A DNA stretch of 64,000 nucleotides from the human T2T-CHM13v2.0 reference genome, Homo sapiens, in the NCBI RefSeq assembly GCF_009914755.1, contig NC_060930.1. The stretch is one strand, 5' to 3'. Position 1 is the first letter of the stretch. Every line of letters starts with the position of its first letter. Below, piece by piece: positions 34,604-51,200 of the stretch. The notes beneath the pieces are model-generated. The model was not told where the DNA came from, did no database searches, and worked only from the letters and a program-made list of their open reading frames with translations. A program made the translations under genes and the position numbers.

Positions 34604-35705
34604 GGCCAGGCATGGTGGCTCATACCTGTAATCCCAGCACTTTGGTAGGCCGAGGCGAGTGGATTGCCTAAGCCCAGGAGTTCAAGACCAGCCTGGGCAA
34701 CATGGCAAAACCCTGTCTCCACAAAAAATACAAAAATTAGCCTGGTGTGGTGGCATGTGCCTATAGTCCCAATTACTCGAGAGGCTAAGGTGGGAGGATC
34801 ACTTGAGCCTAGGAGGTCAAGGCTGCAGTGAGCCATGATTATGCCACTGCACTCCAGTCTGGGCAACAGAGTGAGACCCCCATCTCAAAAATGAAATAAA
34901 ATAGGTAATAAAAGATCAAGTTTTCATTTGAGGGGCTCTCTGTATGGGAGAGTAGCCTCAAAATGCCACCATAAGCTCTTATTCTTTATTCTTTTCCTTT
35001 GTTGGACTTGGGAAACAGGTATTAAATTTTAACAAGGCTGGGCATGGTGGCTCATGCCTGTAATCTCAGCACTTTGGGAGGCTGAGGCAGGATGATTGCT
35101 TAAGACCAGGAGTTTGAGACTAGCCTGGACAACTAGGTGAGACCCCATCTCTACAAAAAAATTAAAAAATTAGCTGAGCATGGTGGTGTGTGCCTGTGGT
35201 TCCAGCTACTCAGTAGGATGAGGTGGGAGGATCACTTGAGCCTGGGAGATCAAGGTTGCAGTGAGTTGAGATTGCACCACTGCACTCCAGCCTGGGCTAC
35301 AGAGTGAGGCCCTATCTTAAAAATAAATAAATAAGTAAATTGGGCTAGGTGCGGTGGCCCACGCCTATAATGCCAGCAACTTTGGGGGGCTGAGGGGGGC
35401 GGGTCATTGAGGTCAGGATTTCAGACCAGCCTGGCCAAAATGGTGAAACCCCGCCTCTACTAAAAGTACAAAAATTAGCCGGGTGTGGTGGTGGGTGCCT
35501 GTAGTCACAGCTACTCAGGAGGCTGAGGCAGAGATTGCAGTGAGCCGAGATCGCACCACTGCACTCCAGCCTGGGCAACAGAACAAGACTCTGTCTCAAA
35601 ATAAATAAATAAATACATAAGTAAATAAAATAAAAATAAATAAATAAACATGCTTGAGCTCAGGAGTTCGAGACCAGCCTGGGCAACATAGGGAGACCTC
35701 ATCTC
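34604..35705 (+). mobile_element. Alu cluster (34604-34900, 35036-35335, 35342-35645, fragment 35650-35705)
   Basis: Alu consensus. Confidence 0.85.
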
Positions 35706-36314
35706 TTATGTATTTTTTTTTTTTAAGAAAAATTTAAATAAATAAATAATTTTTAAGGAGACTTCATGGGATAGAGAATACCTACCTGGTAGCACTCCCT
35801 TCCCACTTTTCATTCTTGCACTCTATTTGGGCTTTGTCCTGCTCACTTCACCTCTTTCTTCGCAGATGTGTTGAGATGATTGACTCAGATGGACTCTAAA
35901 TCCTGGGAACTGCAGTAGGGTTGATGTATGAGTTGGAGGGATTATTATCATGGTTCAATCTTGAAATGAATTATTTTTGTTATAAAATGTTTATCACATC
36001 TCATATAGAAGCCAAAAGCTGTGGTAGTAGTATTTTGTGACTTCATTCATACCCTACAGCTGGCTTTCTCACAACAGAGCCTCAGCTCTTGACCAGCTGA
36101 CTGCGGTGGTGATGGCAGAGTTAATGATTTCTCTGGTACACTAGAAGAGAATAAAAGTACACTTTGCTTATCAGCCCCTTTCCTGCTGCCTCCTGGTTTC
36201 ACCTCACCTGTTTCACATTGATTCAGATTCTAGTTTCACCAGGTGAAAGGTAGGCTGGTTTTAAGGTTAGGAGTTAGGAAGCATAGTTCTCCCTGGCTTG
36301 GATGTAGGGATACA

Positions 36315-36782
36315 TGTGCCTACTACACACCTAGGCTGTATTATAGAACCTATTCCTCCTGTGCTACAAACCTGTGCAGCATGTTACTGTATTGAATACT
36401 GTAGGCAGTTGTAACGCTGTGGTATTTGTTTATCTAAACATATCTAAACAGAGAAGGTGCAGTAATAATACAGTATAATAGATAAAATATGGGATGCCTG
36501 TTTGACCATGAATGGACTGGAAGTTGCTCTGAATGAATCAGTGAGTGAGTGGTGAGTGGATGTGAAGGCTGAGGACATTTCTGTATACTACTTTATACAA
36601 GATGTTATCAGTGCTGTGTACTTGGGCTACACTAAATTTATAAAAAAAATTAATTGTACTTCCATGTTAGGATAGCTATGACATCACTAAGTGATAGAAG
36701 TTTTTCAGCTTCTTTATAATCTTTTGGGACCACCATTGTGTATGTGGTCCATTGTTGACCAAAATGTCATTATATGCGTTAC
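36315..36782. mobile_element. Tigger3/MER7-like TcMar DNA transposon
   Basis: gctacaaacctgtgcagcatgttactgtattgaatactgtaggcagttgtaac...tatctaaacatatctaaaca. Confidence 0.7.
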
Positions 36783-36789
36783 TGTTTAT

Positions 36790-39060
<2,271 letters not shown>

Positions 39061-39628
39061 GCATTTTTGGTTAGATAATTCATGACTTTATTCTGAATCT
39101 ATAAGTATACTACACTGCATGCAGCAGAATTTGAAACTTTATTAACTTTTCTGGGTAAATATAATTATTTAAAATCTACTGCTAATCACTATATCAAGAG
39201 ATACTGTACTGAATATTTTTGCAATGAATGACTTTCCATCAAAGTGACTTCTTTATTAAAAAAATGTTTGGTGGATTGTTTTTTCATATACAAAAGCACT
39301 CTGACATTCAAATGGCATGGGCCCAGTGTCATCTTGTGGCTTGAAGGAAACCCAAAAGATAAGACTTAGATCTTCCTACTTTCTGAAGTGCCTTTGGATT
39401 CTAGTAATTGCAAAGGAATTACTAGACAGGAAGTGATCTTGTGGTGGTGGGAGATGGGGAAGCAGGGAGGATGTGAGACTGGACTAGCACATGCTAGCCT
39501 GGCTTACTGAGGAATGCCAGGTACAAACTGAGCTTGGGCCACTGACCCGAATGCCCTAGGCTTTCTGAGAGGGAATAAGGCATTTTATGCTACCTGCATT
39601 AAATGCTCAGGCTGTTGGATATTCAATT

Positions 39629-40270
39629 ACAGTAGTTTCCCCTTATTCACAGAGGATAGTTCCAGTGGATGCCTGAAACCTCACATAGTACTGAACCCTA
39701 TGTTTTTTTTTTGTTTTTTTGTTTTTTAAGATGGAGTCTCTCTCTTGTCGCCCAGGCTGGAGTGCAGTGGCACGATCTCACTGCAACCTCCGCCTCCCAG
39801 GTTCAAGCTATTCTTCTGCCTCAGCCTCCTGAGTAGTTGGGATTACAGGCACCCACCACCATGCCCAGCTAATTTTTGTACTTTTAGTAGAGACAGGGTT
39901 TTGCCATGTTGACCAGGCCTGTCTCAAACTCCTGACCTTAGGTGATCCACCCACCTTGGCCTCCCAAAGTGCTGGGATTACAGGTGTGAGCCACCACGTC
40001 TGGCCTATATACTATGTTTTTAACAGAGAAGGCCACTAAGTGACCAACGAGAGGGCAGTGAATACAGTGTGGATATGCTAGACAAAGGGATGATTTATGT
40101 CCTGGGTGGGATGGAACGGGGTGACATGAGGCCTCTTCATGCTACTCAGGATAGCCACACAATTTAATATTTATGAATTGTTTATTTTTGGAGTTTTCCA
40201 TTTAATATTTTTAGACTATGGTTGATTGTGGGCCTTGAGTAACTGAATTCTCAGATAAGAGGGTTCTACT
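39629..40270. mobile_element. MER44-like TcMar remnant interrupted by AluS (39705-40004, -)
   Basis: cagtagtttccccttattcacag...ccagtggatgcctgaaacc. Confidence 0.65.
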
Positions 40271-40474
40271 ACTAATGCGATTGTAGTCATTAAAAGTTTT
40301 AGAGTGTTGAAAATTAGATAATTTAATTACAAGGATTGACTGTATCAGAATTTCCTCAAGTAGGCTTTATTTTGAGAGATCTATATTCTCAGCTTTTTAA
40401 AAATAGAAGTGTTACAATTGACAATTCTCTAGCTCTAATCTACATATATGATTCATGTTCAATATTTATGTTAG

Positions 40475-40657
<183 letters not shown>

Positions 40658-41054
40658 TGAATTTTCCCATAGTGCCTAAAACAGTTCCTTATGCATAGTA
40701 ATGACCCAGTAAATATTTAATTAAGTTATTTTATTTATGCTAGTGTCTTTTGGAAGAGAAGACTGTAAATCTTGCCAGTTTATGCACATAGTTTTCAGGG
40801 GGAAATAGCCCGTGTAATGTTAACTAAATGTTGTATTTCCTATAAACAGGATTTTAACAGAAAAGAGTAATATTAACATTTTATTTTTAGCTAGTTTAAC
40901 ATACAAAGTAAGCTCCCCCTTCTAAAGAAGTGACATAGTCTTCAGCTTCCTAGCGGAAGAGTATGGTTTCATTATCTCAAAGCTAATGAACAATCATTAC
41001 AGCAATCAGTACATACTATTTAATAGTATTCTTAAAATTTTTTTTATTTTTAAG

Positions 41055-41156
41055 GTACAGGAAAAACAATGGTGATGGACATGTTTTATGCTTATGTGGA
41101 AATGAAGAGGAAAAAACGGGTTCATTTTCATGGTTTCATGCTAGATGTGCACAAAA
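41055..41156 (+). CDS. AFG1L: AFG1L exon (probably exon 4), 102 nt, phase 1 to 1; completes Walker A
   Basis: Acceptor tttttattttttaag, donor a|gtaagc. Encodes (G)TGKTMVMDMFYAYVEMKRKKRVHFHGFMLDVHK, with the AFG1 family GKT-MDMFY and HFHxFM motifs. Confidence 0.96.
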
Positions 41157-42090
41157 GTAAGCAATGATCTGAAAGAAGTGATTTTTTCAGTGGGGAAACA
41201 CTACAAAATGGTTTTCTTCATTGAATGAACATATACTCTTTAAAAATTAGATTTTTGCTTGCAGTAAGATTTTATTTGGTTCCATTTGTTTTGTGCTATG
41301 TTGAAACAGTCAGTAATGTGTCCAGAGTTGGTCCTTAAGACCAATTTAATACTTTCAAATCAGAGAACAGAGATTGCTGTATGAAGCTCAGGCATTTTCT
41401 GTTTCTACTAAGGGCCAATAAAAAAATGTTAAAAATGCACCTGTTTAAATAAGTGATTCTTGATTAGGCCCTTTACTCTGTGTTACCTTAGCATGTAGGC
41501 ATTCAGTTTGAGTACGCATGTAAGCTTTATTGCTTTGCTAGTGATCTTACGTTATTTCACTTTTGCATGATTTGTTTACCAGCTGCACTGTAACCTCCCC
41601 AGAGCAGGAATCATGTGTTTTTTTCCTCTAATACTTGTAGCATTTAGTACACACATAATGAATGAAGTGGACTGGCCTTAGTGTATTAGGCTAGAGATAA
41701 GGGTGCATTTCGATTGCATATGCTAGACATAACATGCACTACTTGGGCAGGATCACATCCTCTGCTCTCATCCCTGAAATAAAGGACTAAGGTGGATGTG
41801 TTGATGCATCTAATCACTTGTCTATTACCTTGTCATTTCTGAAATGATTAAAGAGTAGAAATGAAATGACCTTGAAGTTTCCTTACAACTATAAGAACAT
41901 AATAATATTTGAACCAACTTATTTTGTAGAGAAAATGCAAACAATTTCAATGATCAAATTTGATTTTACATGGAGTTTAAACTTAATTTTATGTCCATAC
42001 TAAAGTTTCATTTAGAGATTTTAAAAATATGTTATAATTGTCTAAAAAGTACTAATATATTTCATCTGTGTTTAATTTCATGCATTTAAG

Positions 42091-42221
42091 GAATACATCG
42101 CCTTAAACAGAGTTTGCCAAAAAGGAAACCAGGATTCATGGCTAAATCATATGACCCAATAGCTCCCATAGCCGAAGAAATCAGCGAAGAAGCATGTCTC
42201 CTATGTTTTGATGAATTTCAG
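42091..42221 (+). CDS. AFG1L: AFG1L exon (probably exon 5), 131 nt, phase 1 to 0; Walker B
   Basis: Acceptor catttaag, donor cag|gtaaag. Encodes (R)IHRLKQSLPKRKPGFMAKSYDPIAPIAEEISEEACLLCFDEFQ. Confidence 0.96.
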
Positions 42222-42359
42222 GTAAAGTAGAGATTTTTCATAGATATAGAATGGTATATTGAATGAGGTATGAAGATTTAAATTTTGCTCCTGATTTTAT
42301 CATTGGTTTATAAGGTGATTTGACACATTATCTCTTACTGCTTCAATTTTACTGTCTAG

Positions 42360-42925
42360 TTCAGGAGCTGGCAAATCACAACCTGCACAGCTGCACAGGG
42401 CAAATCTGACCTTCCTGTTTTTTTATGGTTAGTGAGAAAAGAAGAGTGTATACACACATACACACACACATGCACGTGCACACACACACACATATTTTAA
42501 GACACAGGGTCCTGCTCTGTCACCGAGGCCCAGGCTGGAGTGCAGTGGCATAATCAAAGCTCATTATAACCTCAAACTCCTGGGTTCAACTTCCCGCCTC
42601 AGCTTCCTGAGTAGCTGGAACTATAGGCTCATGCACCATACCTAGCAAATTTTTAAAAACAATTTTGTAGAGATTAGGTCTCATTATGTTTCCCAGGCTG
42701 GTTTCAAACTCCTGGCCTCAAGTGATCCTCCAGCTTCAGCCTCCCAAAGTGCTGAAATTACAGGCATGAGCCATGACACCCAGCCAAGTTTTTGTAATTT
42801 TAAAGGTAGCTGAAAGAAGAAGAAGAAGAAAAAGAAGAAAGTACAAAAGAGACCCTATATGGCTTGCAAAGCCTAAAATATTTACTATTCAGTCTTTTAT
42901 ACAAAAAGTCTGCCCACCTCTAAAT
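42360..42925. mobile_element. MER58-like remnant interrupted by an imperfect (CA)n and AluJ (42495-42786, -)
   Basis: ggcttgcaaagcctaaaatatttactattcagtcttttatacaaaaagtctgccc; Alu body. Confidence 0.65.
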
Positions 42926-43859
42926 TTTGGTCGATGACTGTACATCTCCCCTACACCACAAAGATAATGTAATTATTATAAAACAATGTCTTTAAAGATG
43001 TTTAAGTATTTTTAAAAAGTGTTATATAAAGAACAAGTGATTCATCTCATTTAAGCCTCACAACATATGTATCTGTGATAAAGGGAGGGAATTGCCTTAG
43101 TTGAACTTTTAAAGTTTCTCTTAGTTTTAGGATTCTCTGAAATTATGCGTTTAAATTGGTAGTGAGTTATTTCCTGTTCTTCTGTGTTTTATAATCTGGA
43201 TTAGTGGGAAGATGATATGGCCAAGATGCTTTTATCCCAAAGCATGCATGATTGGTCTCCTTTAGCAACTGGTACACATAGCTAACAATAGTCTAGATTT
43301 ATGATGGAGGGGAAAGAATTTTCACCAGCAATGCTGTTACACTAAACCATCTGGGGAAGAGGGATCTTTGCTTCTTTCTGCCTTCAGTCATAATAAGACA
43401 GACTGGACTCACCTTTGTATTTGGAACTGCAAAGGTCTTCCAAGTAAAGGCTTTATGGAAAAGAACAGATGCTCTCCTGCCGCTCTGAAGAGGCATACTA
43501 ACCACATCAATGTTTTGCAGGAGAAGGGCCTCATTGAGTCGTTTGAAAAAGCACTGACTTAACAGTTATGCTGCTTTCAAGAACAAAAGTCAGTGGTGAA
43601 TCAATAGAGGCCATTTCTCTTGATTTTCCATTACTAGCCTTTTAACCAAATATCTCTAAATAAAACTGAACTGGCATAGTTACAATTTTGATTAAGGTAT
43701 TGAAGTTAAATTTTTAAAGAGGTTTATTAATACCTAGCCTTTGTAAAATGATCCGTAGTTTACAATGTGTTTTTACATCCTTATCTCATTTAATTCTGCA
43801 AAATAGTTGATATCTCCACATGGAGATGAGAAATCTAAAGGCATTAGAATTTCCTAGGT

Positions 43860-44870
<1,011 letters not shown>

Positions 44871-46199
44871 GAGATCCCTGTTATTGCCTGCCCTGTCCAG
44901 ATTGCTTTGATATTTATTCATTCATTGACTTATTCATCTCAAGGATGCCTTGAAGGCCCTTATTCCGTATCACAGGACAGGGCCCTATCTGTCCCATAGC
45001 TAAATGGACCATGCCTGGACAGCTGATCTATAAGTAGCTAATCCACAATCTCCTCAGCAGCCTTGGACTTGTATGGTGTGGCTTGGCGAATGGGCCAGTC
45101 GTAGACCCTCTCTATTGAATTTCAACTAAATGGCACAGAGGGAAGCTCTTCTTAGTAATGAAACAGAAACAAAGAAATATAGAAAGTAATGGAGCTCCAG
45201 TTCCCATAAGGTGCCATCAGTATTGTCCCCATCCTGGAGTTTCAAGTAAATCTCTTTTCTTCAGCTGGATCTCCAGTGCCTATTTCTTACAAACAGTCTT
45301 GATGAGAATAGAACTATTCAAGTCATATTTTGCTCCCATCTGCTATGTGAAGACGTATTTCCCTATGATCTGTAAAAGATAGCATAAACATTGGTAAGAA
45401 GTACTGTGAGGAAATGTCACTTTCCTTAATATGAAATCTCTTACCTCCAGTGGAAGAATTAATCGGTGAGCTAAAGCCCAGGAAGAGAAAGATGAGGTAT
45501 CTGCTAGGAATGCTTTTGGCCACAGGAAACAGAAAACCCAACTTAAAAGGGCTTGTACTCTAACGGGGAAATATTCTGTTATATAAGGTAGTGTCATTTT
45601 CCTTGCTCAAACCCTTCTGCTTCCTCTCTGACCTTGTCTCCTACAGGTTCAGCCTCACTCATTGCTTCCTACTGTTCCCAATACTATTTTCTTCATAGAT
45701 TAAGGAACCGCAGTTAGTAGTTGGGTATTATACCAACTACTTATTTCTTGCAGGGCTCTGAAGAAAACATGCACAGAGATGACAAAACAAGACAATACCA
45801 AATTGATTGCTTTCATTTGATCCCAAATTTTAGTGTAGCATTTTTTTTCTGTTCCCAATTATTGCATAATATAGCATTCTTGTATGTTAGAGTTGACAAC
45901 ATGGGAGACCCTATTCCCCTGAGCAAGTTTGGCCTGAATGTCCTAGAATGCAAAAATGTTAATAGTCTTGCTCTTTTATTTCCTTTACAATTCCAACTTG
46001 AATCTTGGAGATTACTGCTGCACGCAAGAAAAGGCTGATATCTGCATATACCCAGTGTTAGCAGAGCCAGAGAAAGTGAAAATATAAGGGCAAGAGTGTG
46101 CCCCCTAAGGGAAGAAGTGATCTCTGCTAGTTTCAGTATCCTGAACTGTCTTCTACAGGTCTTAAAGAAGTTTCTCCAATACACCAAAATTAGATGATC

Positions 46200-47115
46200 A
46201 CAAGTCCAAATCTCTACTTATCCCCCTTCCCTAAAACTCAAGAGGTTGAAATATACTCCAAAATGTTGCTGCACCAGCACTCTGATCCCCACCATCCACA
46301 CAATGTATAATGAACAAGCAGAGCCTTTGCACTGGGGATTCTTTCTGCACAGAGTGGTCCCTCTGTTCTGAGAGCCCCCAGCTAAATTGGGGTTCCAGCA
46401 CCAGAGCGGCTGGCAACCCTGCCCTAACAGGAAATGCAGGGAGCTGGACATAGGTGTTTACAGCATGCCTTTCACAGGGTACTTCTTTCACCTGGAGGAT
46501 GGCCTAATGCCTGGTTGTCTGACCCATGACCAGGGGGTCCCTCACACAGGAAACTTGTTTATACTGGCATATGCCTTTGTGGCTCTTCTCTGACCTATGT
46601 CCAGTTTATGCCTGTCTGACCATTGCTCTGGCACTGGGAGCCTGATCTTGTGTTCTTCCTGGCATCCCAGAAAAATCCTGGCCTGGCGCAGACCCTGGTT
46701 CTTCAGATGGAAGGTGCAAATCAATACACCACTACAATAGAAAATAAGTTCAAAGATTGATTATTTACAGATGCTGGGCAGGGAGGGAGCAATGAGTCAG
46801 AAGGCCAGTCTTTCGTCTCTGGTCACAGGAAGCAGTAATGAAGAGTCAGGCAGAGAGAGAGAGTATGGCAACTAGCAGCATGCGTGTATGTGTGTACTTT
46901 ATATATATGTAGGAATAGGACGGGGTAACTATGTTTGTGAGCAAAAGCCTGAATGGTTCATTTAAAGTAAAGGAAGCAGCAGGAAAAGTGAGGAGCCCCA
47001 TCTTGTAAGCAAGAGCTATGCCTCTAAGCTCTTATCTCTGGCCACAGGCTTGAGCCATTGGGTTCTACTTTTAATGCCTAGGCAGCAACCGTTGCTGTGT
47101 GGTTTCCCTCACACC
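46200..47115 (-). mobile_element. ERVL LTR, MER74/MER73-like
   Basis: tgtccagtttatgcctgtctgaccattgctctggcactgggagcctg...cctggttcttcagatggaaggtgcaaatc. Confidence 0.55.
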
Positions 47116-47129
47116 CTAACATATTCCTA

Positions 47130-47450
47130 AGAGGAACTCCCTCATTTCATCATATCTTTGCTCAATTACCTCCTTAACAAGGCCCATCTTAACACCCTAT
47201 TTGAAATTGCAGCTTACCGTTGACCCCCACACTTCTGGTGCCCCTTACCCACCTTTTTTCCCATATCATATATCACCTTTTAACATATTATATGTAATTT
47301 ACTTATTTATTGTGTTTATTGTTTATCTGTATTCCCAGAATGTAAACTTGAAGGCATGAATCTTTATTAATTGATGTCTCAGGTTTCTAGGACAGTGTCT
47401 GAGAATGAATGAATAAGTAGTGAATAAATAAATGAATGAATGAATGAATC
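47130..47450 (+). mobile_element. L2 3' end
   Basis: Ends in a (AATG)n tail. Confidence 0.65.
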
Positions 47451-47984
47451 TAATACCAAATGAAAACTGTGGAAGTGGTTCCCATATTAAGTCCCACTCC
47501 CCTTACATATAATAGCATTTCTCAAGCAAAATCAGCATTTACAGAACCCAAGGTATATTATAACTTCAACCCACATTTTTTCCTGTCATCATTCTGAATT
47601 ATCTGAACATTTTTGTCTAATTGAATACATAAAAAATGGTGTCTTGTTTTAATTTGTATTCCTTTAGGAAATAATATGGTTGATTTTTTTTCATGTTTGT
47701 TTACATGCTTGTTAAATCCATCTTTTATGAACTATTTGAGGTATTGCCCATTTATTTATTAGAATGCTTATATTCCATCTATTATATATGTTCTATAATA
47801 TTAGTTACTGTTTATTGAGTGTTTTTCTATGTGCCTGTGTTCTTAATAACTGTATAATGCTAAATATAATTCTAGCTACAGCTAAAATTCTATGTAGCTA
47901 TACATTAATAATACAGAATTATATTAATACTAGCATATATACCATACATAGGTAATAGTCAAAGTTAATGGTCTCTCATTTCTT

Positions 47985-48150
47985 GAGAGTTTACTTTATG
48001 TCTCATAACAATATTGCAAGGTAAGTATTATTACTGCTTTCGTTGCATTGATGAGGAAATTGAGGGTCAGAGAGGTTCAGTAACTTGACCAAGGTCACAC
48101 AACTGGTAACTAACAGTTTAAGTCCAGCACTAATGCTCTTGTTTACCAGT
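47985..48150 (+). mobile_element. MIR
   Basis: gatgaggaaattgagggtcagagaggttcagtaacttgaccaaggtcacaca, the MIR core. Confidence 0.75.
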
Positions 48151-48624
48151 AACAGCTATGCTATACATTTTCCTTAGTATATAAAGTCTTGTATTATGTG
48201 TTTAAATATACAATTCTAGAGCTGGGTGGGGTTTTGGTAGATGTTTTAGTGATGGAACCTAAAAATTATCCTTAAGCCTATTAAGCCTAGTACAATACTT
48301 GCTGATTTATTAAAAAAGAGTTTTTAAGGCACTTTATTCTTAGTGACAGTATATCTACAATCACCACTTCACTTTTAAAATGGAATCGTATTAGTAGCCT
48401 TGATTTTTAGCTAGTTATTATTGGCCTTTAGGTAGTGTTAATTAATATAATATTTATTTTACTAGGGAGACGAATGGTAATTATTGCTGCTTAAAAACAT
48501 GGATATACTCCTTTTTTGTGCTCTTGAATTTAAGGAATTTTAAAGATTATGTTTTGGTAAGCATTCAGATTACACTTGCAGAATGCTCTTCATTAGTTTG
48601 GTCTTCCTTACTAAGTGTAGAATT

Positions 48625-48800
48625 TCAGCTTTTTTTAACTTTTAGTTTCAGGGGTGTGTGTGCAGGTTTGTTATATAGGTAAACATGTGTCACAAGAGTT
48701 TGCTGTACTGATTATTTCGTCACCCAGGTACTAAGTCTAGTAGCCAATAGTTCTTTTTTCTGCTCTTCCCCCTCCTCCCACCCTCTACACTCAAGTAGGC
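48625..48800 (-). mobile_element. Short L1PA/PB 3' end fragment
   Basis: gtgcaggtttgttatataggtaaacatgtgtc...atttcgtcacccaggtactaag. Confidence 0.75.
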
Positions 48801-49249
48801 GCATTTCAGTTTTACCTGAGGTGTTAGATACACGATTCTTACCTTGGTTGAGAAATGTGTTTGGATAGTTTTTTTTTGTTTGTTTTTTGTTTTTAACATG
48901 TGTTTTGGTTGGTGAAATAAATAATAGCTTATCTTCAGAGTTTTCCTTAGGATCTTCATTATGTCCTCTTGGAATATTTATGTTACATGTTAAACTGTTT
49001 ATGATTCTGAAGACATCAGATTAGTGAGGAAAACTGATTTTTAAAAATGTTATTTCTTCATATCTCTTCTGAGAGGGACACTAAATAGATGTTTTACTAA
49101 TATGGGTCCAGAAAAAAAAAAAAGAATTCTGATGAGCAGAAGATCATGCAAAATTCTCCTCTATCAGCTATCAATATCATTTAAAAAATAGGTTTAACCA
49201 TTTTTATGAAGCAGGAAGAAAGCTATTAAAAACTGCTAATAAAAAATAG

Positions 49250-51200
49250 GTGCTTATTTTTGTGCTAATCCTAATTACTGATAATGCATGCTTATGTTTG
49301 TCACTCATTATATGGCACTGTACCAATCAGTGGATGACTGAGACTCAAGCACTCACACATGTAAATTAACCATTAGATTTTTTTTCTTTTTTACTTAAGT
49401 GAGTCATAATGGAAAGCAACTCTAGGTTATAAAAAAATCTTTTCTCTTTAATGCTAATGAAATGTCTCCACTCTCTGTATTAGCAGACTACCCTTATTGG
49501 TAATCTGTAGCCTTCTCTTTTGTTCGTGGTGGTAATGAAATGCTGGGTACTGAAAAAGCCAGCTCTCCAAGAATGTGTGGCCAATTGTCTTCTGTTCACT
49601 TATACTGTAAAATTACCGTTCCCCGGCAAGGCCGAACAAGTGCGGGGACAAGATCAAAAGAGTATACATTGGCACCCGGCTACAGCAAGTGACTCCTGCT
49701 TTATTAATTAGTCATAGCTTCTCCAAGCTAATTTACTCTGATAGGGCAAAAACATTCTGAAATATAAAAACAGCAAATTATAACTCAACTACAAGCCTTT
49801 ACTGTTTGCTTTCTTCAACTTTCAGTTTAAACCTTTGCATTATGTTACAAGCTAAATGTCCCTTCAGTTTTCTAAACCTTAGGGCACAAAAGCTATTTTA
49901 CATTTTTTTCAAAGACATTAATCATACAGTCAAATGACCATTTTTATTCTCTAAAATCGGGTAAACTTTCATTGATACTGTTCTTTTAAAAAGTCAGTGT
50001 ATTGGCAATGTAATTTAAAAGTGCAGTTGCTATTAAAATGTGCAAGCTCGTTCTGTCCTCTCATCAGAAATGCCACTGGTGTTCAAGCATTTGAAAAGGA
50101 CTTTCTCTGTCAGTGTTTTTGCGGAAGCCAAATTTGACAGTGATCCTAAACTCCAAATTAAATAATATCAGCACCACTTTCCTTTTCATTTAATCACCAT
50201 TTTGAAGTTCCTGAAGTCTTTTTAATGTAAGGAATCTTTAGCAGTTTTTTAGTTATAACCTGAGACAGCAAAAAAAAAAAAAAAAAAAAAAGTACATCTC
50301 TATTTCATGGTTTTGTTGTTTTCAGGTGGGAAAGAAGATATTAGCTGTAAAAAGAAAAGTGATTTAGACCTGTGCAACCCAGGTTATTGTTAATTGCATT
50401 ATAACCATTCGGTTTGTAACTTTTAGTATTTTGATTTAATTGAAAGAATTCACCAATTTTTATGTCCTCTAATGGGGTTTAAAAATAACAATGTACTATA
50501 TCTTGTGGATATATGTAAAGCAAGTTGTACTGAGATTATTTGAAATGTGCTATCAAAGAAAGATCAAAACATTTTTACATTGGGAGTATCTAAAGTCCAT
50601 GTTATTATATACTTAGGGGAAGTTGCAATGATTGATGTCAATCTTCATTACACATTTATTTTTGGAGTCAACTTCTTTCCCTTCTTAATTGTTGTCTTTG
50701 TGAATTTTAAAAGCCTTTAGAAAAAGTTACATCATTAAGCTTACTTCGTAATTGTGAATTTAAAAAATAATTTTAGAAAAGATCAATAAACCTAACTTGG
50801 ATGGAATAGTTTCATCTGTATTATGCATTTCTTGTATTGTCACAAGTTATTTTTTTAAGGGACTATACTAGCCATTCTTGAAAGGTGGTTTTTTTTTTTT
50901 TTTTTTTTTTGGTAGAAGGAATATTTGTGTTTGTGAAGGTTAGCAGAGGCTGGCTGTGCTGGAAGTGACTGCAGTGCCTTTTGATTATTCATGGACAGTA
51001 ATAGAAGGCACTTAAAAAGAACAATGAAATTGCTTATTTTTGTGATGGGCCATCTGTTGAATTGTTTTGTGCAACAATTGCACAATAGTATCTATGTCAT
51101 ATCATTCTATTTTCAACAGCAGCTGATTATGTCTCACTGGCTACTTGTCCTTATTTCTAAAGGCCCATGACCATTTAAAGTCACCTTTCCAGGGACCTTT
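49250..51200. promoter_or_regulatory. Candidate conserved enhancer block
   Basis: Repeat-free; dense TAAT/ATTA, SOX (AACAAT/ATTGTT), TCF-like (ATCAAA) and E-box motifs; retained CpGs at 49615-49680. Conservation not verifiable here. Confidence 0.4.

Noticed and set aside
48018-48026. Perfect donor aag|gtaagt in a MIR
   Set aside because: No convincing paired acceptor; isolated donors are common.
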